Shown: piece by piece, positions 18,340 to 29,987 of the stretch | Numbering within the stretch: position 1 is the stretch's first letter | Layout: every line of letters starts with the position of its first letter | From: Halieaceae bacterium | Lineage (GTDB): Bacteria > Pseudomonadota > Gammaproteobacteria > Pseudomonadales > Halieaceae | Length of the DNA: 64,000 bases | Reading direction: 5' to 3' | NCBI GenBank assembly: GCA_047635315.1 | Contig: JBLIIW010000001.1 | Location: 225 to 64,224 of the forward strand | The notes under the pieces: generated by a model | The model's input: only the letters and a program-made list of their open reading frames with translations | Databases searched by the model: none | What the model was told of the DNA's origin: nothing | Position numbers and translations under genes: made by a program

Positions 18340-19746
18340 CTATTCTTTGCTTCGCATCTGTAATCTTCGCGCCGCGGCCTCTGCGGCGACGGCAACCCTG
18401 GCCGGCGCCGTGCCCCCTATATGGTCCCGGGCAGCGACCGAGCCTTCTACGGTAAGCACCTCGAAGATATCCGCCTCAATCAGCTCGCTGAAGCTGCGCA
18501 GCATGTCCAGCGGCATCGCGGCCAGATCCAGAGACTGCCGCACACCGGCGGCGACTGCCTGGCCGACCACTTCGTGCGCATCGCGAAAAGGTAGGCCTTT
18601 GCGCACCAGATAGTCGGCGAGATCGGTGGCGGTGGCGAAACCGGCACCCGCTGCCTCGCGCAGTCGGTCCTTGCGCGGCACGATATGCGGCACCATGTCC
18701 GCATAGGCGCGCAGGCAATCCAGCACCGTGTCGACACAGTCGAAGATCGGCTCCTTGTCCTCCTGATTGTCCTTGTTATAGGCCAGCGGCTGGGACTTCA
18801 TCAGTGTCAGCAGTGCGACGAGGTGACCGTTGACCCGCCCGGTCTTGCCGCGCACCAGTTCTGGCACATCGGGGTTCTTCTTTTGCGGCATGATCGAGGA
18901 GCCGGTGCAGAAGCGATCCGGGAGCTCCACAAAACTGAACTGCGCAGAGGTCCACAGCACCAGCTCTTCTGACATGCGCGACAGGTGGGTCACCAGTAGC
19001 GCTGCAAAGGCGGAAAACTCGATCGCAAAGTCCCGATCGGATACGGAGTCCAGGGAATTGGCTGTCGGTTGGTCAAAGCCCAGTGCGGCCGCCGTCTGCG
19101 CCCGATCGATGGGGAAGGTGGTCCCGGCGAGCGCCGCCGCCCCGAGGGGGCACTGGTTCATGCGCTTGCGGCAGTCCATCAAACGACCAAAATCCCGCTC
19201 CAGCATCTCGTTCCAGGCCAGCAGGTGGTGTCCAAAGGTTACCGGCTGGGCACCCTGAAGATGCGTAAAGCCGGGCATCACCGTGGCCGCCTGCGCCGCG
19301 GCGAGGGTCACTATTGCGGACTGCAGGCGCGAGAGCTGATCAGCGATTGCGTCGATTGCATCGCGCAGATAGAGCCGAATATCTGTGGCGCACTGGTCGT
19401 TGCGCGAGCGCCCGGTATGCAATTTTTTCCCCGCGTCGCCAATCAGGGCCGTCAGCCGCGCTTCGATGTTCATGTGTACGTCTTCGAGTTCTACGGACCA
19501 GGGGAATTCCCCGGCCGCGATTTCAGCGCTGATCTGCGCGAGGCCTTGCTCGATTGCAGCGAGCTCTTCGCTTCGGAGCACGCCGACGGAACCCAGCATC
19601 CGCGCATGTGCAACGGAGCCGCGTATATCCTGGGGGGCCATGCGTCGATCAAAATCCACGGAGGCTGTGAAACGTTGCACGAAACTGTCTGTGGCTTCCT
19701 GAAAACGCCCACCCCAGAGGCTGCTGTTACCGTCATGATTCGACAT
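18340..19746 (-). CDS. argH: Argininosuccinate lyase
   Basis: [28 protein letters not shown]; start at ATG 19746 (longer ORF extension overlaps algZ). Confidence 0.97.
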   Translation of the reverse strand: MSNHDGNSSLWGGRFQEATDSFVQRFTASVDFDRRMAPQDIRGSVAHARMLGSVGVLRSEELAAIEQGLAQISAEIAAGEFPWSVELEDVHMNIEARLTALIGDAGKKLHTGRSRNDQCATDIRLYLRDAIDAIADQLSRLQSAIVTLAAAQAATVMPGFTHLQGAQPVTFGHHLLAWNEMLERDFGRLMDCRKRMNQCPLGAAALAGTTFPIDRAQTAAALGFDQPTANSLDSVSDRDFAIEFSAFAALLVTHLSRMSEELVLWTSAQFSFVELPDRFCTGSSIMPQKKNPDVPELVRGKTGRVNGHLVALLTLMKSQPLAYNKDNQEDKEPIFDCVDTVLDCLRAYADMVPHIVPRKDRLREAAGAGFATATDLADYLVRKGLPFRDAHEVVGQAVAAGVRQSLDLAAMPLDMLRSFSELIEADIFEVLTVEGSVAARDHIGGTAPARVAVAAEAAARRLQMRSKE

Positions 19747-19870
19747 TTTATGGCTTATCTCCGCACTTTTCTGATGGCTTCGAACCGTACTTCTTGTCCC
19801 GGTTCCGAATGCGTGCAAGTATACATTGGCGCGTCCTGTGAGGCGGCATGACTGAGCCCGGAGGCGACTA

Positions 19871-20953
19871 ATGCAGCAGCAGCCGCGGCCGCCGGTCTCC
19901 CCAGGGGGGGGGTTATCCGGAGACGGCTTTTTTATTCCTGATCTGTGCGCCGCGCAGGCGGTATTCCTTGCGGTGCTGCTGGCTGAGCTGGTTGTGCTCC
20001 TGCATGTGCTTGCCCTCGGGCCGCTCAGTGCCTTCGACTGGCGTGCGTTGGCCACCGGCTCCCTCTTCGTGCAGTGGAATACGCTGCTTTGCATTGCCCT
20101 GATCTGCCACCTGCGTGGTCGATTGCAGCCGCTGGCGCCGGCTGTGGCGGCGCTAATCTGCCTGAGTGTGGTACTGGCGGTGAGCAGTCTGTCCAGTGTT
20201 GTGGTGCACAAGACCTACCCACTACTCAGGCCAGATGTTGGCCCCCTTTGGGACTGGGTGCTGCGCAATGCGCTGCTCGCGGCCCTGCTGGCAGCTATCC
20301 TCCTGCGTTATGCCTATCTGCAGCAGCGAGTGGCGCTGCAGCAACACAGCGAATTGCAGCTGCGCCTGGATGCGCTGCGCTCGCGGATACGACCGCATTT
20401 TCTTTTTAACACGCTGAACAGTATCGCCAGCCTGATAGCCGTGCAGCCGGAGCGCGCGGAACAGGCTATCGAAGATGTTGCGGAGCTGTTTCGCTCCGCC
20501 CTGCAAACGGACGCGCGCGATACCACCCTTGGGGAGGAGTGCCGGCTTTGTGAGTTGTACCTGGATATCGAACAGCTGCGCCTTGGGGAGCGTCTCACCG
20601 TTCACTGGGACGTAGACGAGGCACTGAAGGATGCGCCCGTGCCGGCGCTGCTGTTACAGCCGTTGGTTGAAAATGCGGTTTATCACGGTATCGCCCAGCG
20701 GCCCGATGGCGGCACCGTCGATATCCGCTGCTATCTCGACGGGGCGCTCCTGCTGGCGGAAGTCGGTAACCCGCTGCCGGCGCGACCCGCGAGCAGGTCT
20801 ACAGGCGGCAACCACATGGCCCTCGATAACATACGCCAGCGTCTGGCCGCGCAATATGGTTCAGGTGCGACACTGACTATCGACAACGACGGTCTTGAAT
20901 TTCGTGTGCGCCTGTCGCTGCCACTGGATTCCGATGCGGACCTGGTTTCGTGA
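19871..20953 (+). CDS. algZ: LytS-type sensor kinase AlgZ/FimS
   Basis: [30 protein letters not shown]; argH-divergent, upstream of algR-hemC. Confidence 0.88.
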   Translation: MQQQPRPPVSPGGGLSGDGFFIPDLCAAQAVFLAVLLAELVVLLHVLALGPLSAFDWRALATGSLFVQWNTLLCIALICHLRGRLQPLAPAVAALICLSVVLAVSSLSSVVVHKTYPLLRPDVGPLWDWVLRNALLAALLAAILLRYAYLQQRVALQQHSELQLRLDALRSRIRPHFLFNTLNSIASLIAVQPERAEQAIEDVAELFRSALQTDARDTTLGEECRLCELYLDIEQLRLGERLTVHWDVDEALKDAPVPALLLQPLVENAVYHGIAQRPDGGTVDIRCYLDGALLLAEVGNPLPARPASRSTGGNHMALDNIRQRLAAQYGSGATLTIDNDGLEFRVRLSLPLDSDADLVS

Positions 20954-21672
20954 AGATCCTGCTGGTCGACGATGAGTCCCTGGCGCGGCAGCGCCTCTGT
21001 CGACTACTGCAAAAACTGCGCCCGGGGGCGGAGCTTTTACAGGCCGAAAACGGGATCGAGGCGCTGCGTCAGGTGCGCGAGCAGCAGCCGGAGATTATTC
21101 TGCTCGACATCCGTATGCCGGAACTGGACGGCGTTGCCGTGGCCGAGCAACTGACCCGGGAAGAATCGCCGCCGGCGGTGATTTTCTGCACCGCCTTCGA
21201 TGAGTACGCCCTCGATGCGCTGCGCAATCAGGCGGTGGCCTACCTGCTCAAGCCGGTTCGTGAGCGGGAGCTTGAGCGCGCGCTGGAAGGCGCTGTGCGC
21301 ATTAATCGGGCGCAGCTACAGGCCATAGGGTTCTCCGACAGTGGTCGTCAGGAGGTGGTCAGCGCCGGACACCGGGGAGTGGAAACGCTACCCGTAGACC
21401 AGGTGCGCTGTTTTCTGGCGGAGGACAAGTATGTGCGCGCTTGCTCGCCGCAGGGCGACATTCTCATCATGGACTCTCTCAAGGAACTGGAGAGCGAGTT
21501 TGCCGGGTGTTTTCTGCGCGTGCATCGCAATGCACTGGTGGCCCTTGAGCACGTGCTGCGGCTCCGGCGCGGTGAGGGTGGATGGATTGTCGAACTCGAT
21601 GGCGTCGCGCCGCGGCCGGCCGTGAGTCGGCGGCACCTCGCGGAGTTCAAGGCGGCGTTCAAAGGCTCCTGA
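20950..21672 (+). CDS. algR: LytTR response regulator AlgR
   Basis: VDDE, LLDIRMP, YLLKPV receiver; FLRVHRNALV, VSRRH LytTR. Confidence 0.9.
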   Translation: MKILLVDDESLARQRLCRLLQKLRPGAELLQAENGIEALRQVREQQPEIILLDIRMPELDGVAVAEQLTREESPPAVIFCTAFDEYALDALRNQAVAYLLKPVRERELERALEGAVRINRAQLQAIGFSDSGRQEVVSAGHRGVETLPVDQVRCFLAEDKYVRACSPQGDILIMDSLKELESEFAGCFLRVHRNALVALEHVLRLRRGEGGWIVELDGVAPRPAVSRRHLAEFKAAFKGS

Positions 21673-21764
21673 TCGCCCTCCGCACGGTCCCTGTCAGGGC
21701 TCACCGGCAGCGGTAGGCCCGCGCAGAACTGTTATGCTTCTCATTTTTAGCGAAGAAGTTTCCC

Positions 21765-22694
21765 ATGTGCGCTGACATCGTGATTGCGACCCGCGAAAGC
21801 CCCCTCGCTCTCTGGCAGGCCTACTACGTCCGTGACGCCCTATGCGCCGCCCATCCGGGGCTGCGGGTGGAGCTTCTTGGGATGACCAGTCGCGGTGATC
21901 AGGTGTTGGATGTGACGCTTGCCAAGGTCGGGGGAAAGGGCTTGTTCGTCAAGGAGCTGGAAACAGCACTGGTTGATGGGCGGGCACACATCGCAGTGCA
22001 TTCCATGAAGGATGTGCCCATGGAATTTCCCCAAGGTCTGGAGCTCGGTGTTATCTGTGAGCGCGAGGAGCCGACGGACGCCTTTGTCAGCAACCGCTAC
22101 AGTCACATAGATGAACTGCCTGAGGGCGCTGTCGTTGGCACCTCCAGCCTGCGCCGGGAATGCCAGTTGCGCGAATCGCGGCCGGATCTACTCGTGAACT
22201 TTTTACGTGGCAACGTCAACACACGGTTGCGCAAGCTTGATGAGGGCGAATATGACGCCATCATCCTGGCCACTGCGGGCCTTCTGCGCCTGGGAATGAG
22301 CGAGCGAATTCGCTCCCCCATTCCCGTGGAGCGATCCCTCCCGGCCGGTGGGCAGGGTGCTGTCGGTATTGAACTGCGCTGTGATGATGCGCTCACGGCG
22401 GCACTGCTTGCGCCGCTGCACCACGGGCCCAGCGCGGAGCGTGTGCGTGCGGAGCGGGCTCTGAACCGCCATCTGCAGGGCGGCTGCGAGGTGCCTATAG
22501 CAGCCTACGCTGAGCATGATGGTGCGCAGCAGCTGTGGCTGCGCGGCCTGGTGGGTCGACCCGATGGTAGCCATACGCTGCGGGCCGAGGCCCGCGGTAG
22601 CCGGGAGGCCCCGGAAGCACTTGGTATACGGGTTGCTGAATCGCTTCTTGATGCCGGTGCGGGCGCTATTCTCGCCGAGGTGTATGAGCGCTGA
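21765..22694 (+). CDS. hemC: Hydroxymethylbilane synthase
   Basis: [44 protein letters not shown]. Confidence 0.97.
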   Translation: MCADIVIATRESPLALWQAYYVRDALCAAHPGLRVELLGMTSRGDQVLDVTLAKVGGKGLFVKELETALVDGRAHIAVHSMKDVPMEFPQGLELGVICEREEPTDAFVSNRYSHIDELPEGAVVGTSSLRRECQLRESRPDLLVNFLRGNVNTRLRKLDEGEYDAIILATAGLLRLGMSERIRSPIPVERSLPAGGQGAVGIELRCDDALTAALLAPLHHGPSAERVRAERALNRHLQGGCEVPIAAYAEHDGAQQLWLRGLVGRPDGSHTLRAEARGSREAPEALGIRVAESLLDAGAGAILAEVYER

Positions 22695-23469
22695 GCCACG
22701 GGCGCTGCTGACCCGACCCGCGGGGCAGGCTGACGCCCTCCGCGAGGGTTTGCAGACCTGCGGATTTGACTCCTTGCACGTGCCGATGCTGACTATTGAG
22801 CCCATCGATCCGCTCCCCGCTGAGCAGCGGCAGCGAGTAATCGACCTCGATCTCTACGAAGACCTTATTTTCATCAGTGCGAACGCCGCGCGTATGGGCC
22901 TGGCCTGCTTCGAGGATTTCTGGCCCCAGTATCCCGCGGGGCAGCGCTATTGGGCGGTAGGGCGAAGCACTGCCCAGGTGCTGGACGCGGCGGGTCTTTT
23001 GGCGCACAGCCCCGCCGATGATATGAGTAGTGAGGGCCTGCTGGCCATGCGCGGACTGGCCTCAGTTGCCGGGCGGCGCCTACTCATCGTCAAGGGCGAG
23101 GGCGGGCGCGACCTGATCCAGGAGACACTGCGCGAACGCGGAGCGCGGGTGGATACCCTGCGCTGCTATCGACGGACGCCGACGACCCTCGAATCGGCTG
23201 CGTGTCATGCGCTGCTGCAGCGACAACCGGTGCAGCTCATTCTCATCAGCAGTGGTGAAGGCCTGAGGATACTTTCGGGTTTGCTTCAACCGCGGGAAAA
23301 CACTAACTTAGCGGCGACAGCACTGGTCGTGCCCTCGGCGCGCGTCGCTGAGGAGGCGCTCCGGCTGGGATGGCTGAGCATTGAGCAGGCCGCAAATGCG
23401 TCCGATTCGGCCATGTTGGCCGCCGCGCAAATCTGGCGCGCATCACATCTGGGAGAGGCAAATCATTGA
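22684..23469 (+). CDS. hemD: Uroporphyrinogen-III synthase
   Basis: [29 protein letters not shown]; overlaps hemC end. Confidence 0.9.
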   Translation: MSAEPRALLTRPAGQADALREGLQTCGFDSLHVPMLTIEPIDPLPAEQRQRVIDLDLYEDLIFISANAARMGLACFEDFWPQYPAGQRYWAVGRSTAQVLDAAGLLAHSPADDMSSEGLLAMRGLASVAGRRLLIVKGEGGRDLIQETLRERGARVDTLRCYRRTPTTLESAACHALLQRQPVQLILISSGEGLRILSGLLQPRENTNLAATALVVPSARVAEEALRLGWLSIEQAANASDSAMLAAAQIWRASHLGEANH

Positions 23470-24839
23470 GCGAAGATAAGGATCGCGAGCTCGCTGAGCG
23501 GAGTCCGTCGCTGGATTCCGATGTGGCTGAGCATCCCGGTGACGGGAGTGATGAAACTGATCTGAGTGAGGCGGACGGCCCGCAAGCCACTGTAAAGCCC
23601 CCGCCGGTCGCTGCGGCACTGCAGCCGGAACCCACCTTGTCGACTAACACCTCAGCCCCCGCCTATGCACAGGCCCCACCCGTGATGCCTGCACCTGCGC
23701 CGCGCTCCTCCGCAGCACCCATCGCCTGGCTCGCGCTACTGCTGGTGCTGTTGCTTAGCGCAGGTGGCTTCTGGTTTTTCCTCGATGCCCAGCGCCGCGA
23801 GGGGGATCTGCTGCAACGCGTGCGTGCGCTGGAGTCAGTTTCTGGACAGGACGATAGCGCCTATACGCAGATGCGCGACAACCTGAGACGGCAGATCGAG
23901 CTTGAGATCGAGGGCATGCGCGACCGACAGCAGCGGGCGCAGGAGGATTTTTCACGCGCCCAACAGACCCAGCAGCGCGCACAGGAAGAGCAGCAGCGCT
24001 CGATCGCCCGCCTCGAGTCGGTTGCCATGGACGCGGCCAACAAAGCCAGTGGCGATCTGAGCGCAGAGATTGCGACCCTCGAGCGCTCTTTGCAGGAGCA
24101 GGGCCAGCGGATTGCTGATCTGAGTGTGGATGATCGTGAGAGCTGGCTGCTCGCGGAGGCACAGTATCTGCTGCGGCTGGCCAACCAGCGCCTTATTATG
24201 ACCGGGGATACGGAGTCCGCTGAGGCCTTGTTGCGCAGTACCGATAACATACTCCGGGAACTGGCGAATGCGGATCTGCACGGGCTGCGCTCGGCCGTTG
24301 CCGCCGATCTTGCCGTCGTGCGTGCGGTACCGCGGCTCGATATCCAGGGTCTGTACCTGCGACTCGATGCGCTGATTCGCCAGACCGATGCGCTGGTCAT
24401 GTTTCGAATGCCGGAAAGGACCAGGGAGACCGCAGCGGTGACCGGCGATGATTGGCGTACGCGCCTCGAACAGGGTTACCAATCAGCGCTGGCGAAGCTC
24501 TCCGAATATATTGTGGTCAGTCGGCGGGATGTGCCCGTGGAGACATTGATGGATCCCCAGTACGAGGGGCTGGTCCGACAGAATATGCGTATGCTCCTCG
24601 AGCAGGCGCAGGTGGCCATGTTGTCGGGCAACGAGCTTCTGTTTCGCCAGAGCCTGGAGCGCGCCCAGGGCTGGGTATCGCAGTTTTTCAAGTCCGACGA
24701 GCAGGCCGCGGTGGCCATGGCAGAGGAACTGCGAGTAATTGCCGGCGAGCGCGTTGCCGTTGAGCTACCCGATCTGACAGCCTCTCTTGGCGCACTGGAC
24801 GCAGTGATGAAGACGCGGCTGGCCCGCGACGGCAACTAG
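23466..24839 (+). CDS. hemX: HemX family membrane protein
   Basis: Single TM, coiled coil, WLLAEAQYLLRLANQRL motif; hemCDXY order. Confidence 0.9.
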   Translation: MSEDKDRELAERSPSLDSDVAEHPGDGSDETDLSEADGPQATVKPPPVAAALQPEPTLSTNTSAPAYAQAPPVMPAPAPRSSAAPIAWLALLLVLLLSAGGFWFFLDAQRREGDLLQRVRALESVSGQDDSAYTQMRDNLRRQIELEIEGMRDRQQRAQEDFSRAQQTQQRAQEEQQRSIARLESVAMDAANKASGDLSAEIATLERSLQEQGQRIADLSVDDRESWLLAEAQYLLRLANQRLIMTGDTESAEALLRSTDNILRELANADLHGLRSAVAADLAVVRAVPRLDIQGLYLRLDALIRQTDALVMFRMPERTRETAAVTGDDWRTRLEQGYQSALAKLSEYIVVSRRDVPVETLMDPQYEGLVRQNMRMLLEQAQVAMLSGNELLFRQSLERAQGWVSQFFKSDEQAAVAMAEELRVIAGERVAVELPDLTASLGALDAVMKTRLARDGN

Positions 24840-24843
24840 GATT

Positions 24844-26094
24844 ATGGGCAGTCTTTTTATTATTGCATTGTTGGCGCTGCTCGCGGGCGTGGGCATTGTC
24901 GCGCTCATTGAAACCGAGCCGGGCTATTTACTGGTCGCCTATGGTGGCTACACGGTGGAGACCAGTTTCTGGGTTGGCATCCTATTGATTGTGGCGATCG
25001 TGCTTTCCCTATACGGCCTTCTGCGTTTTCTGAGCCGTCTCATCAGCAGTCCATCGTCAATGCTGAATTGGGCGGGTGGCCGACGTCTCCGGCAGTCGGC
25101 GCGTCTGAGTAGCCGCGGCCTGATCAATTTTACCGAGGGCAACTGGGCACGCGCCCGCAAGCAGCTGTTGCGTGGTGCGCGCTACAGTGAATCACCGCTT
25201 ATGAACTACCTGTTGGCGGCGCGCGCCAGCTATCGGCTACAAGAGCCGGAGCCCATGCACCGCTATCTGGCCCAGGCGGCGGAAAGCGACCTGGAGGCCG
25301 GGATCGCCGTGGATATCACCCGGGCAGAGCTACAGTTGCACGGGGGTCAGTACGAGGACGCGTTGGCAACGCTGACGCGAGCGCGGGCGAATGCCGCGAA
25401 ACACCCCTATGTGCTACAGCTCCTGTGGAATGCTTATGATGGACTGGGCGATGTGGAGGCGCTCGTCGCCCTGCTGCCGGAAATGCGCCGGCATCGTGTG
25501 CTCAGTGCAATTCAGCTCGACGAAAGAGAGGCGCGGGTTCATCACGATCTGCTTGAGAAGGCGGGGGTGAGTGGTGACGTGGCTCAGCTGCAGGCACGCT
25601 GGAAGAAGTACCCGGCTCGTCTCAAGGAGCAGGAGGCATCGCAGCTACACTATTTCGAGTCACTGCTGGCCTGTGATGAGGTTGTACTCGTCGAAAAGGA
25701 AATTGTGCGGCGCCTTAAAAAACACTGGCGTCCGGGGTTGGTCCGATTTTACGGGCGCATACCTCGAGAGGGTGCACAAAAGCAGCTCGCGACCGCGGAG
25801 GGTTGGTTTAAACAGCATCCGGAAGATCCGGAGCTGTTGCTGTGCCTGGGTCGGCTGGCTATGTCGGAGCGCCTATGGTCAAAGGCGCGCGAATATCTGG
25901 AGGCTAGCCACGCGCTACATCCCAGCGAGGAAACCTGCCTCGAGCTTGGCAGGTTGCTGGCGGCTGCGGGGGAGCACAGCGCGGCGTCGGCGGCGTTTCG
26001 GGCTGGAGCGACCCTGCGCAGGGACCCCCTTCCGGAGCTGCCGCAGCCGGATGATGTGGTGCCCGAAACACATCGACTTGAGCGTGAGTCCTGA
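24844..26094 (+). CDS. hemY: HemY family TPR membrane protein
   Basis: PGYLLVAYGGYTVETS, EGNWARA, TPR helices. Confidence 0.9.
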   Translation: MGSLFIIALLALLAGVGIVALIETEPGYLLVAYGGYTVETSFWVGILLIVAIVLSLYGLLRFLSRLISSPSSMLNWAGGRRLRQSARLSSRGLINFTEGNWARARKQLLRGARYSESPLMNYLLAARASYRLQEPEPMHRYLAQAAESDLEAGIAVDITRAELQLHGGQYEDALATLTRARANAAKHPYVLQLLWNAYDGLGDVEALVALLPEMRRHRVLSAIQLDEREARVHHDLLEKAGVSGDVAQLQARWKKYPARLKEQEASQLHYFESLLACDEVVLVEKEIVRRLKKHWRPGLVRFYGRIPREGAQKQLATAEGWFKQHPEDPELLLCLGRLAMSERLWSKAREYLEASHALHPSEETCLELGRLLAAAGEHSAASAAFRAGATLRRDPLPELPQPDDVVPETHRLERES

Positions 26095-26111
26095 AAGCTT
26101 TTTAGGAGCGG

Positions 26112-26136
26112 CCGGGGCCTGTTCCGGCCCGGTTTT
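26112..26136 (+). terminator. Probable intrinsic terminator of the hem operon
   Basis: CCGGGGCC-loop-GGCCCGG followed by TTTT. Confidence 0.5.
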
Positions 26137-26175
26137 CTGAGACGCGACGGCCGTTGGCAGTCGTCGCTTATGCTT

Positions 26176-27687
26176 CTAGCGTCGTCTGGGGGCCGGCGCA
26201 ACGCCGATGCCCAATTCTTCCCAGATAGCTTCTACCCGCTCGCTGACCGCCGTGTCCATGTGGATGGGTTGCCCCCACTCGCGAGTCGTTTCCCCGGCCC
26301 ATTTGTTGGTCGCATCAAAACCGACTTTGGAGCCGAGTCCTGCTACCGGCGAGGCAAAATCAAGATAATCGATCGGCGTATTGTCAATAAACACGCTGTC
26401 ACGGCGAGGATCCATGCGCGTGGTCATTGCCCAGATCACGTCCTGCCAGTTACGCGCGTCCACATCGTCATCGGTGACCACGATAAATTTTGTGTACATG
26501 AACTGGCGCAGGAAGCTCCATATCCCCAGCATGACGCGCTTGGCGTGGCCGGGATATTCCTTGCGCATGGTTACCACGGCCATACGGTAGGAGCAGCCTT
26601 CCGGGGGCAGGTAGAAGTCGACAATTTCCGGGAATTGCTTTTTCAGCAACGGCACAAAAACTTCATTGAGTGCGACGCCCAGAATTGCCGGCTCGTCTGG
26701 CGGGCGGCCCGTGTAGGTGCTGTGGTAGATCGGATTCTCGCGACTGCTGATGCTCTCGACGGTGAAAACCGGAAAGCGCTCGACCTCATTGTAGTAACCC
26801 GTGTGATCGCCGAAGGGGCCTTCCGCAGCCTCTTCTCCCGGCTCGAGATAGCCCTCGAGTATATATTCGGCGCTGGCTGGGACCTGCAGGTCCTGTGCCC
26901 GGCAGAGAGGGCTGATAGATTCACAGAGTTCTGTCTTTGCGCCGCGCAGCAGGCCCGCGAAGGCATACTCAGACAGCGTGTCGGGCACCGGCGTAACGGC
27001 CCCCAGAGTGGTTGCGGGGTCGGCGCCAAGTGCCACGGCCACGGGGTAGCGCTCGCCGGGACGTTGTAATTGCCAGTCGCGATAGTCCAGGGCCCCACCG
27101 CGGTGCGATAGCCAGCGCATGATCAGTTTGTTGCGGCCAATCAGTTGCATGCGATAGATACCCAGGTTCTGCCGGGTCTTGTTGGGTCCGCGGGTGATTA
27201 CCAGGGGCCAGGTGACTAACGGTCCGGCGTCACCGGGCCAGCATGTCTGGATCGGTAGCGCGTACAGATCGACCTCGGCCCCCTCTTTGACATGGGTTCG
27301 ACAGACGGCGTTGCGCACCAGCTTTGGACCCATGTCCAGCACCTTGCGCAGCAGGGGGGCTTTCTCCCAGGCATCGCGCCACCCTTTGGGCGGGTCCGGC
27401 TGTCGCAGATAGGCCAGCAGTTCGCCGATCTCTCGCAGCGCTGCCACGGAGTCGGCTCCCATGCCCAGTGCGACGCGCTGCTCCGTGCCGAAGAGGTTGG
27501 CCAGCACCGGGATGTTGTGTCCCCGGGGGTTTTCAAACAGCAGTGCCGGGCCGCGTGATCGCAGGGTGCGATCAGCGATCTCCGTCATTTCCAGATAGGG
27601 ATCGACCTCGGCCTGAATACGCTTCAGCTCACCGCGTTTTTCGAGCTCGCTAATGAATTCGCGAAGGTCCTTGTAAGTCGCTGCCAC
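26176..27687 (-). CDS. ubiD: 4-hydroxy-3-polyprenylbenzoate decarboxylase
   Basis: [38 protein letters not shown]; downstream of rho. Confidence 0.96.
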   Translation of the reverse strand: MAATYKDLREFISELEKRGELKRIQAEVDPYLEMTEIADRTLRSRGPALLFENPRGHNIPVLANLFGTEQRVALGMGADSVAALREIGELLAYLRQPDPPKGWRDAWEKAPLLRKVLDMGPKLVRNAVCRTHVKEGAEVDLYALPIQTCWPGDAGPLVTWPLVITRGPNKTRQNLGIYRMQLIGRNKLIMRWLSHRGGALDYRDWQLQRPGERYPVAVALGADPATTLGAVTPVPDTLSEYAFAGLLRGAKTELCESISPLCRAQDLQVPASAEYILEGYLEPGEEAAEGPFGDHTGYYNEVERFPVFTVESISSRENPIYHSTYTGRPPDEPAILGVALNEVFVPLLKKQFPEIVDFYLPPEGCSYRMAVVTMRKEYPGHAKRVMLGIWSFLRQFMYTKFIVVTDDDVDARNWQDVIWAMTTRMDPRRDSVFIDNTPIDYLDFASPVAGLGSKVGFDATNKWAGETTREWGQPIHMDTAVSERVEAIWEELGIGVAPAPRRR

Positions 27688-27703
27688 AGGCGTTGTGGTA
27701 TTG

Positions 27704-28972
27704 CTACTTGCGCTTCATGGAGAGGAAGAACTCGTCGTTGGTTTTGGTGTCTTTGAGCTTGTCCAGGAGAAACTCTACAGCGTGGGTGTCTTCCATACCG
27801 TGCAGGAGCTTGCGCAGGATCCACATGCGTTGCAGTTCATCTTCACCGGTCAGGCGCTCCTCGCGACGGGTACCCGATCGACGAATGTTGATGGCCGGAT
27901 AAATGCGCTTCTCGGCGATCTTACGATCCAGATGCAGCTCCATATTGCCGGTGCCCTTGAACTCTTCGTAGATCACCTCATCCATCTTCGAACCGGTGTC
28001 TACTAGTGCCGTCGCGATAATGGAGAGGCTGCCCCCCTCTTCGATATTTCGGGCCGCACCGAAGAAACGCTTCGGGCGCTCCAGTGCGTGCGCATCGACG
28101 CCGCCGGTCAGTACTTTGCCGGAGCTGGGGACTACCGTGTTGAAAGCGCGCGCCAGTCTGGTGATGGAGTCGAGCAGAATCACCACATCGCGTTTGTGCT
28201 CAACCAGTCGCTTGGCCTTCTCGATCACCATGTCGGCAACCTGTACGTGCCGGGCAGGCGGCTCGTCAAAGGTAGATGCGACCACTTCCGCACCCCGAAT
28301 ACCCACCGAACGCTGCATTTCCGTCACTTCTTCAGGGCGCTCGTCGATCAGCAGCACGATCATGTCGCACTCGGGATTATTGGTAAGGATCGCCTGGGCG
28401 ATGTTCTGCATCATGATGGTTTTACCGGCCTTCGGCGGCGCAACCAGCAATCCGCGCTGGCCTTTGCCAATCGGTGCCACCAGATCGATGATGCGACCGA
28501 TCAGGTCCTCGGTGCTGCCGCTGCCCTGTTCGAGGGTGAGCCGCTCGTCTGGGAACAGGGGAGTGAGATTCTCAAAAAGTATCTTGCTCTTGGAGTTCTC
28601 GGGTTTACCAAAGTTGACTTCACCGATTTTCAGCAACGCGAAGTAGCGCTCGCTGTCTTTTGGTGGGCGAATCTTGCCGGTAATGGTGTCGCCGGTGCGC
28701 AGGTTGAAACGGCGGATCTGGCTCGGACTGACATAAATGTCATCAGGTCCCGCGAGATAGGAGCTGTCGGCGGAGCGCAGGAAACCAAAGCCGTCCTGCA
28801 GGATCTCCAGAACGCCATCTCCATAGATGTCCTCGCCGCTTTTCGCATGGCGTTTGAGGACGGAGAAGATAATGTCCTGTTTGCGGGAGCGGCCCATGTT
28901 CTCGAGGCCGATACCCGCTGCGATATCGACGAGTTCCTGAGTGGATTTGGTCTTTAAGTCGGTCAGATTCAT
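27704..28972 (-). CDS. rho: Transcription termination factor Rho
   Basis: [37 protein letters not shown]. Confidence 0.98.
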   Translation of the reverse strand: MNLTDLKTKSTQELVDIAAGIGLENMGRSRKQDIIFSVLKRHAKSGEDIYGDGVLEILQDGFGFLRSADSSYLAGPDDIYVSPSQIRRFNLRTGDTITGKIRPPKDSERYFALLKIGEVNFGKPENSKSKILFENLTPLFPDERLTLEQGSGSTEDLIGRIIDLVAPIGKGQRGLLVAPPKAGKTIMMQNIAQAILTNNPECDMIVLLIDERPEEVTEMQRSVGIRGAEVVASTFDEPPARHVQVADMVIEKAKRLVEHKRDVVILLDSITRLARAFNTVVPSSGKVLTGGVDAHALERPKRFFGAARNIEEGGSLSIIATALVDTGSKMDEVIYEEFKGTGNMELHLDRKIAEKRIYPAINIRRSGTRREERLTGEDELQRMWILRKLLHGMEDTHAVEFLLDKLKDTKTNDEFFLSMKRK

Positions 28973-29347
28973 AGAGGTTCAGTGCACGAAAAAGGAGAGG
29001 GGGGTGTATGGAATCGCCAAAGCTTTGTGCGCCAATCAGTTGCGCCTGCTGCTAGAATCCCGGCGCTTGGCGCTACACCTTCAGAGGTGCTAAAAGCCTT
29101 AAGCGATACGCGGTCGTCGGAAAAATTAGGGCAGATACCGGACTATTACCCGGATCAAACCGAACTGCTGCCGAACTAACCGAGGGATGGCGAAATTATT
29201 GTCGTCGTACGGGGCCGTTCGACACAGGGAAAGTAGCATGCCCAATATGGCAGGTCTAGCGGTATTTTTCCCGTCCTGACCAGTCAATTACGTGCATAGG
29301 GTTGTGGCTGCCTGACGGTGTTGGCCCCGAAACGCGAGGCCGGGCAC

Positions 29348-29384
29348 AAAAAAACAGCAGTCCGCAAAGGTTGCCGGGCTGCTG
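29348..29384 (-). terminator. Intrinsic terminator after trxA
   Basis: Minus strand CAGCAGCCCG-loop-CGGACTGCTG followed by T7. Confidence 0.75.
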
Positions 29385-29405
29385 TATGCGGCGCTGAGAG
29401 CGCTA

Positions 29406-29738
29406 CTATCCGTCTATGCTTTCATTGATGAAGTCGATCAGCTGCGACTTGGACAAGGCGCCGACCTTGGTGGCTTCTGCATTACCATCTTTGAACAGGA
29501 TCAGCGTAGGAATACCGCGGATGCCGAACTTTCCGGGAATTTCCGGGTTGGAGTCGACGTCTACCTTGCAGACCTTAAGCTTTCCGGAGTATTCGCCGGC
29601 AATCTCATCAAGTACCGGTGCTATCATCTTGCAGGGGCCGCACCACTCGGCCCAGAAATCGACCAGTACTGGTACATCGCTGCCGAGCACGTCCTGCTCG
29701 AAGCTTGCATCGTTGACGTGCACAATGGCATCGCTCAT
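29406..29738 (-). CDS. trxA: Thioredoxin
   Basis: [16 protein letters not shown]; trxA-rho synteny. Confidence 0.98.
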   Translation of the reverse strand: MSDAIVHVNDASFEQDVLGSDVPVLVDFWAEWCGPCKMIAPVLDEIAGEYSGKLKVCKVDVDSNPEIPGKFGIRGIPTLILFKDGNAEATKVGALSKSQLIDFINESIDG

Positions 29739-29886
29739 GGGTTGTCTCCGTTTTCTGTGTATTGGTTTGTGGGCATGTCTGCCCCTTGGACCGGTTTTGC
29801 TATCAAGTGACGTTGCTGTAAATCGTCCTTAAGTCTAGCGCGGAGATTGGGGCAGCAGGAGAATAATTCAAGTCCGCAGTAATCCC

Positions 29887-29910
29887 GGCGCCAGGGCGCC
29901 AGGGCGCCGG
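29887..29910. repeat. 8-bp tandem repeat x3 forming a hairpin
   Basis: GGCGCCAG GGCGCCAG GGCGCCGG; CCCGGCGCC/GGCGCCGGG are perfect inverted repeats. Confidence 0.7.
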
Positions 29911-29987
29911 GGCCGCTCGTCGGGACTTGTGTGAACAGTCGGCAGGGTGCCGGCGAACAGTCGCCGCAGGGCGCAGGGGAACAGAGA

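Noticed and set aside
19747-20211. 155-aa N-terminal extension of ArgH in the ORF track
   Set aside because: Overlaps divergent algZ; homology begins at [15 protein letters not shown].
28285-28318. Three-residue insertion in Rho ([10 protein letters not shown])
   Set aside because: Small in-frame loop variation; all catalytic motifs intact.
26170-28957. Long antisense ORFs over ubiD and rho (299, 216, 289 aa)
   Set aside because: Shadow frames of conserved genes in GC-rich DNA; no recognisable motifs.
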